Below, in pieces: positions 51,106-64,000 of a DNA stretch of 64,000 nt. The stretch is from Hydrurus foetidus. Taxonomy: Eukaryota. The translations under genes were made by a program, and so were the position numbers. Location of the stretch: assembly GCA_900617105.1 (NCBI GenBank), contig UYFQ01000645.1, positions 1-64,000 of the forward strand, read 5' to 3'. Within the stretch, counting starts at the first letter, position 1. Each line of letters begins with the position of its first letter. The notes beneath the pieces are model-generated. The model searched no databases and was not told the origin of the DNA. It saw nothing but the letters and a program-made list of their open reading frames with translations.

Positions 51106-51276
51106 CCCTAACCGCTTTGCAATACCATCCAAACTGTATTAATAGTATCAAATAGTGCTATGAGCATCTTAACCTCATGTAATTCGATTTTGACATTTTT
51201 ATTATGAAATTTTCGGAGTGCCTCTTTCACTGCAGGATGAGCTAGTATCTCGGTTACACCTAAATCAAGCACTGGT

Positions 51277-51857
51277 TGCACGATCGTGCGACCGGGTCCA
51301 CACTCAAAGTGGAATATTAGATACAGTGGTGTACACCCAAAATATTACTTCTTGATGGGGTCATTACAGAGCCAATTTTCACAACAGCGATTGCTTGCAT
51401 AGGAGAATCCATTTCCGGCAACCGTTGGCAATCAAGCTGCTTTAACGGAGAGGCTTTGAAGCGCCAAGGCGTGGTACAAGAGGGTAAAAAGTTAACTTTT
51501 TCCCAGCGCAATTCAAGTGCGCCAGCTATCATGGAATGATTCTGCTGCCAAACTAGAGAAGAAACAAGCTTTTAATAACTCGCAATTGCTCTGCTTGCAA
51601 ATTTATGACCATATATGTCATAAAAATATGCATGCACTCTATGGATATCCACGTAGCAATTTTTGGAAGCAATTTTATAAAAAATTAAATACGCCATTAA
51701 ACTCACCGTGGTCGAATTAGCCTAGTCGAGCTGACTGCTTGCTGACTCAAGCAATCGCTGTTGTGGAAATTGGCTCTGAAATGACCCCATCAAGAAGTAA
51801 TATTTTGGGTGTACACCACTGTTTCAAATATTCCAAAGTTGGCCGCACGATCGTGCA
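51277..51857. repeat. Inverted repeat, arms about 51277-51397 and 51748-51857
   Basis: CAGTGGTGTACACCCAAAATATTACTTCTTGATGGGGTCATT occurs on opposite strands with a spacer of about 350 bp. Confidence 0.85.
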
Positions 51858-53099
51858 TGGCCATTTTCATCATCGCCAGAGATCTTGCGATGCACAGCTT
51901 CGAAATTGCTCACGCTTCTCGACGCTGACTCTTTCATTGCTTCATTGATGTACACTGTTGGTGACTCATCAACAGCGCATATGCGGCTCGATGCGCACTC
52001 GAATACTTGTTTCCCATACCTATCCATCTGCTTGTAAACAATATCTGCACCTTTCTTTTCCCGTTTGTTTGAAGATGCTCCTTCGTCCACATCACGCATT
52101 TGATCCAGCCATTAAATACCACAGATTTGGCTAATTGAAACGTATTGAGATATTGTTTTGATCGTTCTACTCAACAATATATTTGCTGTCTTAAGAATCT
52201 CTGTAACTAAGCAGTCACGTGATGTGTGATCACATAATATCGCAGTGTTAAAGATTATTTCTGCTCCGCTGCTATTATCGGGTAAGTCCATAAAGGCCTT
52301 GATGCATTCGTTCCCTTTAGAGGTGATCATGAATACAGTACATCCAAATTGATCTATAGTGTCCTTAAAAAGACTCAGGCCTTGATGTAGAGTGCATCGC
52401 TTCAATCGGAAATTATGGTTTTCGTATCGTTCAAAACGTTTCAGCTCGTCGCAGAGATCATCGATCGACCACTGATAATTTGTGGTAGGATTCGGACGAC
52501 AAACAAGTGCGATTGCGACCGAGTAAGCGCACAACTCAATGGAAATAGAGGTCATCTGCAAAATTCTAGTGTGACAGTTTCAAAATTGAATTCAGAAATG
52601 ATACAATCATGCAGGCGGCTAGTAGGTTTTGAATAATCTTTACATACGTACCTAAAGAAGTCTATAATGATCTCTGAAGACTGTTAGTTCTCAAAGACTG
52701 CTCATCATCGATTAATGCACATGGTCGGCTCAGAAATTGGTAGGTGGAATGTTTGCAGCGAAATCTAAATCATTTTTCACCTTCTCAATTTTCCCTTGCT
52801 GGTCAGCAGAGAAGATAAGCGGACGATTCGGAGACATCAGAGGTCGTGCAAATGCATAAGCGGATGACTGATATCTAGTCAACTGAATGGCTGGTGATCC
52901 ATATTTGTACAGTAACTCAATGATTGAACAGAAAGAGGTCCTATGTCCAGAGTTCACACTCAACCCCCCGGAAACAGAGGGTGGGCGACAGTATTCAACT
53001 TTAAAAAAAAAGAAGTTCTCTCTGCGAAATCTATCGGATGCTCCCTGCGACTGCGCTGCATGTGTTTGAGTCCAATAGCGTACGACATGGGGTGTACGA

Positions 53100-54090
53100 A
53101 CTGTGCAAACGTACGTACTGTGTACCCATCCAGTACAGAGATGAACATGTACTGGGCACCTGTGCGTGATCTGACAGGGAATCTGCCCATGAGGTTGGAG
53201 ATTAGAGTCTGTGACACCAGTATGATTCGGGTGTATATACAATTAATGGTGTCTCCAGAAGCTAGCGGCGGACTTTCAGTGGCGATGTTGTTGGAGCATT
53301 CGTCTGTGTAGAGTAGGCCGTCGACCTTGACGCTGCTGATCGAGATAAACTGATTGTGTTAAACTACAGTAGGCCTACACATGACAGTCAAGTGTAGAAT
53401 CCGTCCCTACATGCCAAAGGCGATTGGTTGATCCACCGGCAATGTCCAAGTGTGAGGTGACAGTATTTTTGTCTGCGAAGAATGCTTGCGCAAGCATGTG
53501 ACGGCAATCTTTGGTGTGATGACTGTCGTATCCGTGGTGAAAGCAGCACGTCCGAGTTTTAGGTGGTGGACGAGGATGATCGCGACGTGTTTGTCGAGGT
53601 GCGGGACGAGCGGCTTGTACAGCGGACGTAATCAATGCTACAAGCGCAGGAGAAGACAGGAATGCTTCTAGAGGTATAGAGGCGTGGTCGATGAGGTAGG
53701 ATCCGATAGCATGTTTGACATGCAATTGTGTTTTAACATTCTCACGAAAATGATGGCATTTGTCAAGTCCGTACAGAGGTTGTTTGGACTCTGAGAATTG
53801 ATCAAGCAGAAATTGATGAGCGCTGATGAAATCTTGAACTGAATCTTTAGAGTTCATTGTGACGAGGAGATGAGCGCGTAAGAGTTCGAAATCCATGAAG
53901 TATGGTGACATAATTCATGATGCTTAATGCGGGGGACATTGAGCGAGCCGAAGACGGGATCATGCAAAGCGACAAGGTCTGCGGGTGGAATACTGGTAAT
54001 GAGAAGTTCCTTGAGCCGGCGTTGTCGGTAGTGAGCAAATTGTCTGCTATTTTGCGTTCCCAAACTTTAAGCTCTCGTCTCCAGACTTTT
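53100..54090 (-). pseudogene. Internally deleted Copia relic (gag and integrase fragments)
   Basis: CCFHHGYDSHHTKDC knuckle-like motif; LMGRFPVRSRTGAQYMFISVLDGY resembles the start of a Copia integrase core. Confidence 0.55.
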
Positions 54091-55475
54091 CGGTGCACAG
54101 GTGCACCAAGAATTTGATGCACGCGTGCGCCGAAAATCGAAAAAAATTACCCTATAAAAAGCATCGTACTATAGTTGAAAAACGGTTTTCAAACTTCTTC
54201 GAAATTTAAGATTTATTTTCCCGTGTAAAATTTTCGGTGGATCTTAAAATTTTTCCGAAAATAGAACGAAAAGTTAGATGATTGACCCTATTGTTGGGTC
54301 CAAGTTCCCTCTATTGAATCATCTAACCAGCAAAAATAACACTATATTCGAATGTCAAAAAATGATGCACCTGTGCATCAAATGGTGCACAGGTGCATCA
54401 CTTGGGAGACGGGAGATCAATTGTTGGCGAACTCGCGTTGACAATGGGTTTGGGTGGATTGATAATTAGGGGACGAGACAGGACTGCCGGTGGTGGTCAA
54501 CATCGTTATCTGAGATGAGATTACCAGGAAGTCGGATCCATTGAGCGTCACTGACAATGAAACAAAGTAGTTCATCTGTTGTAGTCGGGTAGAACATCCA
54601 GCCTAGATAGCCTGAAGTGCAACGTCACACTACCCCCACTTATCCTCGCCTCAACGAGAGTGTCCTCTTGGATCAAAGACAAGAACCACCAATGGGGAGT
54701 CGAACTCGCTCTCTAGCCGGGCGAGGTTCTAGCGTCGGTGTTCTACCACTTACCGTTGAAGTGGTAGATATGGCGTGGGAAAGCGGACCGCTGTTTTTGC
54801 ACCGCAAACGTTTTGTTATTTTTCCCGCATGGTTGAATATTTTTTGAGTTCCCGTTTCCCCTGTCAGTGAATTATCTTCAAAAAAGATTCTCTGTACTCC
54901 AGCCGTTAGAGCACTCTTCAGTAAACCAAGACCGAAGAATTCACAATTCATCCTACGATACAGGTAGTTTGCACAACTGCCATTAAGGCACGGAGGCACT
55001 TTGTGACGTGTTCTCGCGGATAGAGTCTTTGGAACGGGGGTAAACTTTTGCTGACTGCTTGGGGCTGCAACGCCATTCCTATCTCATCTCTGACTTATGC
55101 TCTAATACTTCACAATGATTCTCATGACCCGTGCACGAACTTCATATCAATCGCGGCCATTCGAAAATTTCCGAGGGATAACCGCGATCAGGAATAAGTT
55201 CAAGGACGTCGCAGATTGCCGAAAGTGTTTTTGTCATTCGGAGCTGACTTTCTACATCATTGAGATCAATCCATACGGTTGGACGAAATACGAAATACAA
55301 AATAGAAAAACACCGTAATCCTCCGGGTCCTCGTTTGTTATGGTGACGGATCCGAAATACAAAATGAAAATTTTTGTTTTTCGTGATCCTCCGGGCAGTT
55401 GTATGACAGAATGGAATTATTCAAATTAAATTTAAGAAATCGTCAGTTTTAAGCACTAGCAACTAAGTTGCAGTT

Positions 55476-57081
55476 ATGGAGAAGTCACCAAAACTTCGGG
55501 ACTGCATTGGTGAGGATGGGTATCCAGATTTTGAAAGTTATGTCGTCTTTAAGAAGAGGTGCGATGAGCTATTAGAAGAAAACGAGGCTGCCCAACCAGT
55601 TCCACCAAAGAAAATGCCATTTCGTAACAGAAATAACGGTGGATACAATCCTAATGACTGCTTTGAGTCAGATTGGTATCGCAGATACGTCAGATTCCCT
55701 GATCATCCACTGAATAAGAAGCATATGAATCTATTTAGAAGAAGATTTAGAATGCCTCACACTGCATTCTTAGATCTAGTGAGGGAGGCTAGAGAAGATA
55801 AGTGGTTTCCTGATTATGAAAGACGTAACGCTCTTGGGGAGATGGGCATTTTACTGGAAATATTGATTTTGGGAGCACTACGTTACCTGGGAAGGGGCTG
55901 GACTTTCGATGACCTCTACGAGGCTACAAGCGTCTCTGAAGAAGTACATCGTCGATTCTTCAAAGTATTCGTTGTAGCCTGCCGCAAACATCTCTATCCC
56001 AAGTGGGTGAAGAGGCCGGAAACTCCTGAGGAGATAGAAGACTGTATGTCTGAATATGCTGAGGCTGGTTTTGATGGGTGTATTGGGTCAGCGGATGTTA
56101 CACATATCATATTGGAGAGGTGCCACTACAAGCTTAAGAATCAGAATTTAGGAGGGAAAAGTTCTCATACGACGCGTGCATTCCAAATCGTGGCCAATCA
56201 TCGACGCCAGATTATTGCGTCAACAGTTGGATATCCCGGAAGATGGAATGATATGACTATAGTGCGATTTGATGGGTTTGTGACTGACATGCAGAATGGT
56301 ACATACTTGAATGATCATCAATTTACACTGAAAGATAGCGAGGGAAAAGATGAAAATTATACTGGGGCCTGGATCCTTGTGGATGGGGGATATTTAAATT
56401 GGCCCACACTTATATGTCCCTTCAAACATTCACAGTCGAAGAAAGAACAGCGTTGGTCCAAATGGGCCGAGTCTATGAGAAAAGATGTCGAATGCACCTT
56501 TGGGATACTAAAAGGTAATAGATAATAATATATTTAAAATTTATTAATATATTTAATATATAATCACTATATTTATAGGGAGATGGAGAATTTTAAAATC
56601 GGGAATCAGAGTTCATGGGATCGAAGCTGCTGATAACATTTGGTTTACTTGCTGTGCCCTACACAACATGTTACTGAATGTTGATGGATTAGATAAGAAG
56701 TGGGAAAATGGTGTACCAAGTACTTTTGAAGGTGAATTAGGGTGGCATGCCGTAGGTGATGTTGAAACTTATGCCCCACTTATATTTCGTAGAGTAAGAG
56801 ATGAATGTGATATAAAAGAACTTGATACTTCACAATTTGCCCGAGGAGATGGATACTTCACAATTTGCCGATACTTCCATCTAAATGATTTATGTAATAC
56901 TCATTTAGACAACCGAGAGGAAGAAATAAAAAACTTACAAAATAGTGGAGAAGAAAATACTTATAAAATATTAAGAATGAAAAATAAAGATTTTAGAGAA
57001 AAATTAGTAACTAGTTTTCATAGGAGGTGGGCTGTTAAAGATATAGTATGGCCTTCAAGAACAGGCAAAATGAAAGAGTAA
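55476..57081 (+). CDS. Harbinger-type DDE transposase, intron 56515-56578
   Basis: FRRRFRM, LRYLGRG, CIGSADVTH, GRWND, LVDGGY, RKDVECTFGILKG|RWRIL, CCALHN; the GT-AG intron restores the frame. Confidence 0.92.
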
Positions 57082-57117
57082 ATTAATAAAATATTATTGA
57101 ATTGTAAATAAAACATA

Positions 57118-59048
57118 TTAAACCATCTTAGAAATTGTACTTCTTGTTACGCCTCTTGTCTTCACTTTTGAGATCGTGGAACTGGTAGTGCCGTAATGTT
57201 TCGCACATGCAATGTTGTTCGCCATGTCTCTCCTTATACGCTCTTGTGCCAGGTATTCCTCGTCTTCACGATCTCGTTGCTCTCTCTCACTTATGGTCAA
57301 GGAATCTCTTGGTGGGTAAGGATTGACGGTTTTGATAGTATTGGGATATGGCTGTGTGAACTCTACTTCCCCCTCTGTGTCTTCTCCTTCGTCTTTGTTT
57401 CGTCTGTCTTCTTCCTCTCTCTTTTCCTTCTCCCTTATCTCCTTCAATATTCTCTCTCTATTCACAGTTATAGGAATCAATTTCTCTCTTTCCGGTTGTT
57501 CCTCTACGATAAAGTCATTAGGATAATAGTACTCAGAGTCCTGGGTTAGAACAACAATTTAGCAGGTATGGTTTCCAAGTCCTTTGAAACGTATAGTTTC
57601 TTGACCACGGAATTAAGCTTAGAGGCAGAGGTTGTCTTCGTCTGAGGGATTGTTTCAGGAGCCGGGGTCGTTCGGACTGATGGTAATTTTGATGGTGGGA
57701 TAACAGTTTTAGGTAGCAATAGGGTGGGTGAAATTTCTCGAGCGTATTCATCCATGATACGATACCAATGATCTATTTCTTCCTGGGTATTAATGCGACG
57801 GCCCGCCATTTCTTTCGCCACAGTGAAACTCTCCATAAGATTCTTGCGGTAAGATTGATCCTTTATCACACTTGTCTCCTCACGGGCAATACCAAATTTC
57901 TCAATGTGATGGGCTGACATGCCCCTTCCGGGTTCTGTATCCCTGTCCTGATTGATCATCTTGATCTTGGTTGATGCGTTGTTGGCACAGTTCATGTTCT
58001 TGTATCGTTTCGCTTGCTCATCTATTCCCTTAGAGTCGATAGAGAGGCATGGAGTGATATCGAAATTGTCTGCCAGAACTCCATTAGGGCCGTAGAGGAT
58101 GAAGAATAAGGTACACGCTGGATAGAAGTTGTTTAAAGATTGTGAAATCTCTTTTTTAACCACTTTCTTTCCCTTCACATCTTCCTCTTCGTCAACAGAC
58201 TCATTGTCATTCACATCGTCATCTATAAAAGTAAGGTATAGCATGAATTAAATTTTGCCAGCGTTTTCCCTGTAAATTGACTAGATTTGAAAATATAATA
58301 ACATCAACGGACTTTGCGAAAACATCCATATGTCAAATAAAATGTTGAAATGCATACAAAATTCACTAATGAAGAAGTTTTTACCTGACGCCCCTTGATC
58401 GCCTTGATCGTCTAGATCCTCGTCATTGACATCATCTTCCACCACCTCATTGGATGTCAGAGCACGCGCTCTCTTCAAGACATGCTGTAAAGCATTATTT
58501 TCATTCGGCATTTGACCATCGATTAGAAACTCAATCCACAGTGCCAACATTTGCTTCGCTTCCATCAAACACGCTCTGCCTTTCTCAAGAATTTGTCGGC
58601 CCGTTATCAAATTTTTGCCTTTGAGCGTTGGACGAACGATGCAATAGCTCAGTTGTGCATGGGACAATCCAGACAAATGACCAAAGCCTGAAGCAATAAC
58701 GTTATCATCCCATAAGACGCCGAATCGTCCGTCGCCCTGGAGAAAACTAGCAGCTACACCGATGTTATCTTCATCGAATCCATGATAATATCTGGCACAT
58801 AATTCTCGAAGTCCCTCAGTGCTGTCCGTGATTCCTTCCAGTACAGAGTTGTAAGCTGCTGCTGACAACAGATGGTGGAAAGCTTTCTGCTGTATGGCGT
58901 TGGTCGGAGGTGGCGGACCAGATTTAGCTACGACCTTCAAAGGCTTAATTTCCTTCTTGATAACGGAAGTCTCAACGACTTTCGTCGGCTTCATTTTCTT
59001 GGACGCTCCCGAAGGATGCGTATTGCTAGGAGCGGCGGAACGCTTCAT
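57118..59048 (-). CDS. Harbinger accessory gene (exons about 59048-58385 and 58222-57546; possible frameshifted continuation to 57118)
   Basis: Lies inside the TIRs, convergent with the transposase; GT/AG sites join the two ORFs in frame; no Myb/SANT motif recognised. Confidence 0.6.
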
Positions 59049-60040
59049 CGTTTGAATAATAAAATAATGACTACGAGTATTGTCGACAGCTCACTCAGAT
59101 TGGTGTTTAGTATTTCGAAATTACATACGGAACGACAACCATACGAATTACAAAAACGATTATGAAACGATTTCGTCGTTTCATAACAAACGTGACTGGA
59201 CGAAATACGAAGTACAAAAATGGACTTTTAGATGTTTTGTATTTCGTATTTCGTTTTACCATATGGACCGACCTGAAGAGCGTAGAATATGACTACCTCA
59301 TCTCGTGGACGTAGATCGCCCACCTAAATATATATGCTTTCAAAACTCTCGCAGAAAAAATTCCAGCTAACATAATCTTCCTCTGCATTTGCAGGTGTCC
59401 TGTGAACAGAAGATCGGAGGATCAACCGTGTTCTCAATGAGAATTACTGGTGAGTATGCATAACAGTCATTGGAGACTATTTATCCTGCAATCAATATAT
59501 CTTTCATTAATCGCTGCCATAGATTTCTGTCGTTCCTGGACGCATGCCTAAATTTACTCTTGAAATAAATACTGATATATTATCTGGTGACTGACTTTGT
59601 CATCAGGATGTTAACTAACTAATACTGCACTGGTTATCATGCACTCAGGATATTTTTAATTCAACTGCGGGCGAAAAATATTTTTTTCCTCAAATTATTA
59701 CCCTGGAGATACAGCCAAGGTGCGTAAGTGAGCCAGCCATGGATACATTAATCCTTTACGTTGTCACAGATTAAGCTAAACTGAGTCATATTGTGTTTGA
59801 TATGTCACTCACCTCTCATTTAATCGTCATTTGTGCGGGATGTGAGCAGTTATGATATGAATTGTTATAATTTCGTATGATACATTTAGTGGCGTATCTT
59901 GGCATTTAATATAATAATATAGCATCTAGTAGGTAGTCAATTTGCACCCAATTCAATTGAGTATAATATATAGTATGACATATCACCATCTAATCCCGAA
60001 ATCTATTTTCTGTTCGCCTGAATATAGTGACTACATCAGG

Positions 60041-61094
60041 TATGTCATTTACAAGAGAGGAGGTCCGGCAAAGCATCGCAAGGGTGGATGCTAAAGGTCT
60101 TCAGCTCAGGTAGCATCTCATCGACAAAAAGCTTATCAGATATCTCAGTCATCTATGATTCCTTTTGATTATATTATTATTTCTTATTATATTATCAATT
60201 TATTGGCTTTTCTACGAGAGTATATAATGTGGCCAGACCCCACCACTTTGTGGCGTATGGATGGACATCATAATCTCATCAGATATGGCCTTATCACTCC
60301 GACAAGAGTACGGGGTGACAAAGGAGGTAGCATTGAACACATAATAATAATAAATAAAATATTCTAACAAATTGATTAATTATACATCGTCACCTATCAT
60401 TTATAATATTAACTTATTTGTTATCATATAATTATTGTACAGGTGAAAATGTTCTTGTTGCCGATTTCATGATAGAGCACAGAGGCTTCAACAGAGGTTC
60501 GTATATTACTGGTCCATCTAAATTTAATTCTAGGTGAACGTAAGACAGTTTAACATATTTGAATATCATTCACATGAATAAAGTCTTGCAGTAATTAACA
60601 TTCTGTTCCCTAATCTTTAGGATCGAGCACCTTTGGTGCAATGTGAGGAAGAAAGTAATTCAATTTTACATGGACCTATTCAGGTCATTCGAAAAAAATT
60701 GTCTGAAAGTAGATGATACGTGGCACAAATTTGTTTTACAGTAACTTTTTATAATTGAGATCACTTTAAAAATATTTGGAATAATGATGCTTTGTCCACT
60801 GAACAGAATAGGACACCTTTACTATTGCTCATATTACGCAGAGATAGCATAGCACCTGATGTATTCGTAGATGAAAACGAGTGTGGTCTTGATGATGATG
60901 TGGAAGATGTCGATGAGGCAGTAACAGAGCATTTTAGAGTACCATGTGATCCTGTTTTATGTCCGCTTAGTCCACATAATTTAGCCGTATTTGAAGTAAA
61001 TGTGCAACCTCTCAGTATGGAACTGTATCTAGAGGAACTGTATTTTGCTACTCTACGCTATATCTTCCGAATCAAACAAACACAATTAAATTAA
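60041..61094 (+). pseudogene. Intron-containing integrase-core transposase relic (IS3EU-like)
   Basis: Exonic pieces read WRMDGHHNLIRYG, RVRGDKG|GENVLVADFMIEHRGFNRGSYITGPSKFNSR|IEHLW; internal deletion and stop codon. Confidence 0.65.
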
Positions 61095-61906
61095 TCCAAT
61101 CAGTTTATTCCAACAAAATTTCTTTTCTTTTTTGTTCGAGAAGTGACGCTGAAATATATGAGATATGGCTCCACATTTACGAAGTCCTCTCTGCATAAAT
61201 ATTTAGTCGGACAAAGAAATTTTTTTTGAGCATTCACTAATTCAAATTAGATGAAGGTGTGAAAGATAAGTTTCTAATTGCTATCTTCAACAGGAACTGA
61301 ATCGATGACTTCTCTGAAGTCACTGTCTTCTGGGTCAGTAAAGATAAATTCCTCATCTTCAAAAGGGTTAAACACAATGTAGATAAGAGGTAGTTTACTA
61401 TAGCATACAATGGTATCAGCATCAGGAAAGTTCTTGCTCAATTGCCTTGTGGCCCTGATGGAACACTTGGCGTCTTGGACTTGGAAGTAGTATTTGCTCG
61501 CCAGCTCTTCTCCTAAGGTGCTGGACATCTTCAGCAACTTGTGGAGCTTGGCGTGAGTAGCCAGTGGCACTGCGGGCATGTAATTGGCCCCCATCTCCAA
61601 GCGCTCGAGATAACGACTTTTCGCTGTAACCGGGTACAGGTAGAAGTTTTTCCGTTTTTAGGAAGGTTACTTCTTTTTCCGTAAAAACGAAGTTGTACTA
61701 GGTAAAATTGGTCAAAAGTACCGAAATACACCGTTTACTGCCATTCTCGCTGTAACCGGTCCCGATCATAATCTCTGTAATCGGTCCCAGATTTCTGTAA
61801 CCGGTACCTCATATCGCTATTAACACAACATCATCATCAAGCACTATCAAAGGTCAGAATAGAATAAAATCACCCATCGACCCGCCAACCCGCCAACCTT
61901 CGAACA

Positions 61907-63420
61907 ATGCCGTCCATAACCGCACCTCTGCAAGACTCCCGTCTCAAGGTACTCAAAGGAGAGAAGGGCAGATTGATCACTGCTCATGACAATCCACGTC
62001 TGTTGAAGGAAGATAATCCAATGATCGAGTTTGAGAAGTGCTTAGGGGGAAAAGAGCAGGTCAAGTTGTGTCTAGAGAACTTTGTGGAGCTGAACGATGG
62101 AGACAATAGTCAGGAAATGATAGCTGACGGGATCATTTCAAATTTGATCAAGATGCACAAAATTCCGAGGCGAATTCTTGTCTTAGCGCTAAAAGTCGGT
62201 TCCGGTCACATTCAGCAGATCAGAGATGGCAAATCTAAAGTTTTTGATCATGTCCATCTGAACGGCAATCAGGTGCGCTAGGTATCTTCAAATTTTATTC
62301 TTTCGTAGTCTCCTCGTAACATTATCCTTCACAACTTAGATCGCTGATGCGGACATTGAAAATCTGAAAGATCTTGTCGACTCCCTTACCGTTGAAAATG
62401 GCTATCCTTGCTCTCACAGAAGGATGAAGTTGTATGTGGCTGAAGTTGGCGTGGACAATTTCTCCAGATTTGTCTTCCATATATGTATCGATGATAATCT
62501 AGATAATCTAGATAATATTGTGAAATCTAAGTTTATCATTGATCATGATTGATAAAAGCTGTATAAGAAGTGCTGCCAGCAAATCGGAGAGAATAGGGTA
62601 CTTTCATACCCTACCTTCATGAGGTACATGAGGTCGCACCATGTCAATGTAGCGATAGTGAGAGCCAAGGAGGATTGCTGCGACACTTGCCCCAGACTAT
62701 CTGTTGCATCACAGGATCCGGATCTGGGTGAGGAATAGAAAGAGTTAATCGCTGAATCCCAAAAAATCCACGCAAGTGATGCCCGCGCGCAGCGGATTGC
62801 ATTGAAGGAGGCCATTAAGTTATGGGGAAAAACATTGATTACCGTCACAAGTCCAGTTGATTCCAAGGCATTTGATGATGCGGTTGATTTCTTGCCTGAT
62901 TTTTTGGAAGACGAATTTCGGAAGTTATCACTCGAGGAAACTAAATACTCTCCTAGAGTAAGATTACAATGCGAGGATTACGGGGGTAATCTAACTCTAC
63001 CTCATAGCGGAAGAAATCGGCCAGGGAGAGATTACTATATTTCAAATCTATCGATTATGAATTTCAGCGTTTCGGATTTAAACACTGGATTAAATCGAGT
63101 ATTTCTATAAGACGAAAGAGCAATGGGCAAAGGGTGCGATGCCTTGTGCTCCCTTTGTTGGGTCTATCATTTTAAGTTATACATCGAATGTCGGGATAGT
63201 AATAAATTATCCGAATTTCCTGACACTTTGGATATAATAATGGATAATTGTGTTGACCAAAATAAATCTCAGGTACAACGTAAATCATACATTTAAATTT
63301 TATTTCATTTTATATCATATTATATTATATTATATCATCACATATTATACTTTCACTCAGGCTGTCTTCATGCTTATGTCGCTATTATCAATGACATTTT
63401 AAAAGAGGGTAATTTGTCAC
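61907..63420 (+). pseudogene. Sola-like DDD transposase pseudogene
   Basis: EDCCDTC, DYGGNLTLP..DYYISNLSIMNF, DERAMGKG.DALCS, IMDNCVDQNKSQ motifs; in-frame stops; upstream repeated CTGTAACCGGT motifs (61623-61808) resemble subterminal repeats. Confidence 0.6.
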
Positions 63421-63567
63421 TTGATTATTTTTCCGAAGAAAGTGTGGCAAATGGGGAAAAAAATATTGAAATTTTTCATAAACAATCCAAAAGATGCTAT
63501 GTTTAAGCTTGGGCAATTTTATGCAATAGAGACATTTTATATGTTTCTATTATATCCCAACTTTTAA

Positions 63568-64000
63568 TCAAATGATGAAAACGATATTTTAAGAACACAA
63601 TATAATCTGAATAAGTATTGTCCTCTAGAATGTAAAATGCATGGTATTACTAAATTTAGGGGTCATGGTCTATTTGAAGAAAATATCGCTCTAGATGAAT
63701 CGTGTGCGGCGACAACACAAATACTTATTGATGCATATTTTGATAAAAGAATACAAACCTGTTCAAATTGTCTCAAAGAACTTCTACTAATCCCGACATT
63801 TCTTGATGTACCAAAAGTGATAGGAGTGAGTACTTATGGTAGAAGTACGGAAATCAATTCTGAGATTGATTATAAAGAATTGAAGTATCAACTTTTTGCG
63901 GTAGCCTATAAAGGAACTAATTCTGAACACTTTCTTGCTTTATTTAACCTTCCAAGTGGTATATACGGATACGATGGTATGATTGCAGAAGGAGCATTAA
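63568..64000 (+). pseudogene. USP/C19-peptidase-like C-terminal fragment, open to the window edge
   Basis: CPLEC and CSNC pairs, DVPKVIGV, then YQLFAVAYKGTNSEHFLALF..IYGYDG resembling a USP His box; stop upstream at 63565. Confidence 0.4.

Larger units (their letters stand above)
55264..59273. mobile_element. PIF/Harbinger DNA transposon with two convergent genes and 3-bp TSD TGA
   Basis: About 39-bp imperfect TIRs (GATCAATCCATACGG..ACGAAATACGAAATACAAAA vs GGTCGGTCCATATGG..ACGAAATACGAAATACAAAA); TGA at 55261-55263 and 59274-59276. Confidence 0.85.

Noticed and set aside
51860..52900. Short minus-strand ORFs (e.g. 52112..52561)
   Set aside because: Fragmentary with no recognisable family
54092..54400. 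TGCACAGGTGCA/TGCACCTGTGCA motif cluster as a MITE
   Set aside because: Probably a transposon end, but I could not define TIRs or a TSD

Overview
Eukaryotic, transposon-dense genomic window with spliceosomal GT-AG introns; the Copia protease and Gag types suggest a stramenopile, but that is inference. About 60% of the window is LTR retrotransposons. There are three Ty3/Gypsy elements: G1 (1-6306 +), G2 (6307-11044 -) and G3 (44293-51105 +); chromodomains are visible in G1 and G3. There are three Ty1/Copia elements, C1 (11045-14223 -), C2 (14285-20691 +) and C3 (35301-42285 +), plus a Copia relic. G1 is nested in G2, which is nested in C1. A host-gene island (about 20.9-34.2 kb) holds a small single-pass membrane protein, a membrane-anchored S53 sedolisin and an ankyrin gene with one repeat per exon and hairpin MITEs in its introns. 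The right end has a two-gene PIF/Harbinger element and IS3EU-like, Sola-like and USP-like pseudogene fragments. The main observation is that four of the five elements whose 5' LTR is visible lack a tRNA primer-binding site. Two related Copia elements carry a 10-nt sequence flush with the LTR end that is complementary to a site inside their own LTR (Tf1-style self-priming geometry, but in Copia). Two Gypsy elements carry a perfect 12-bp palindrome at the same position, with a compensatory core swap. Only C3 has a canonical TGG PBS. C2 also has matched TSDs but chimeric LTRs. Coordinates were counted by hand and may be off by a few bases; no database searches were run.
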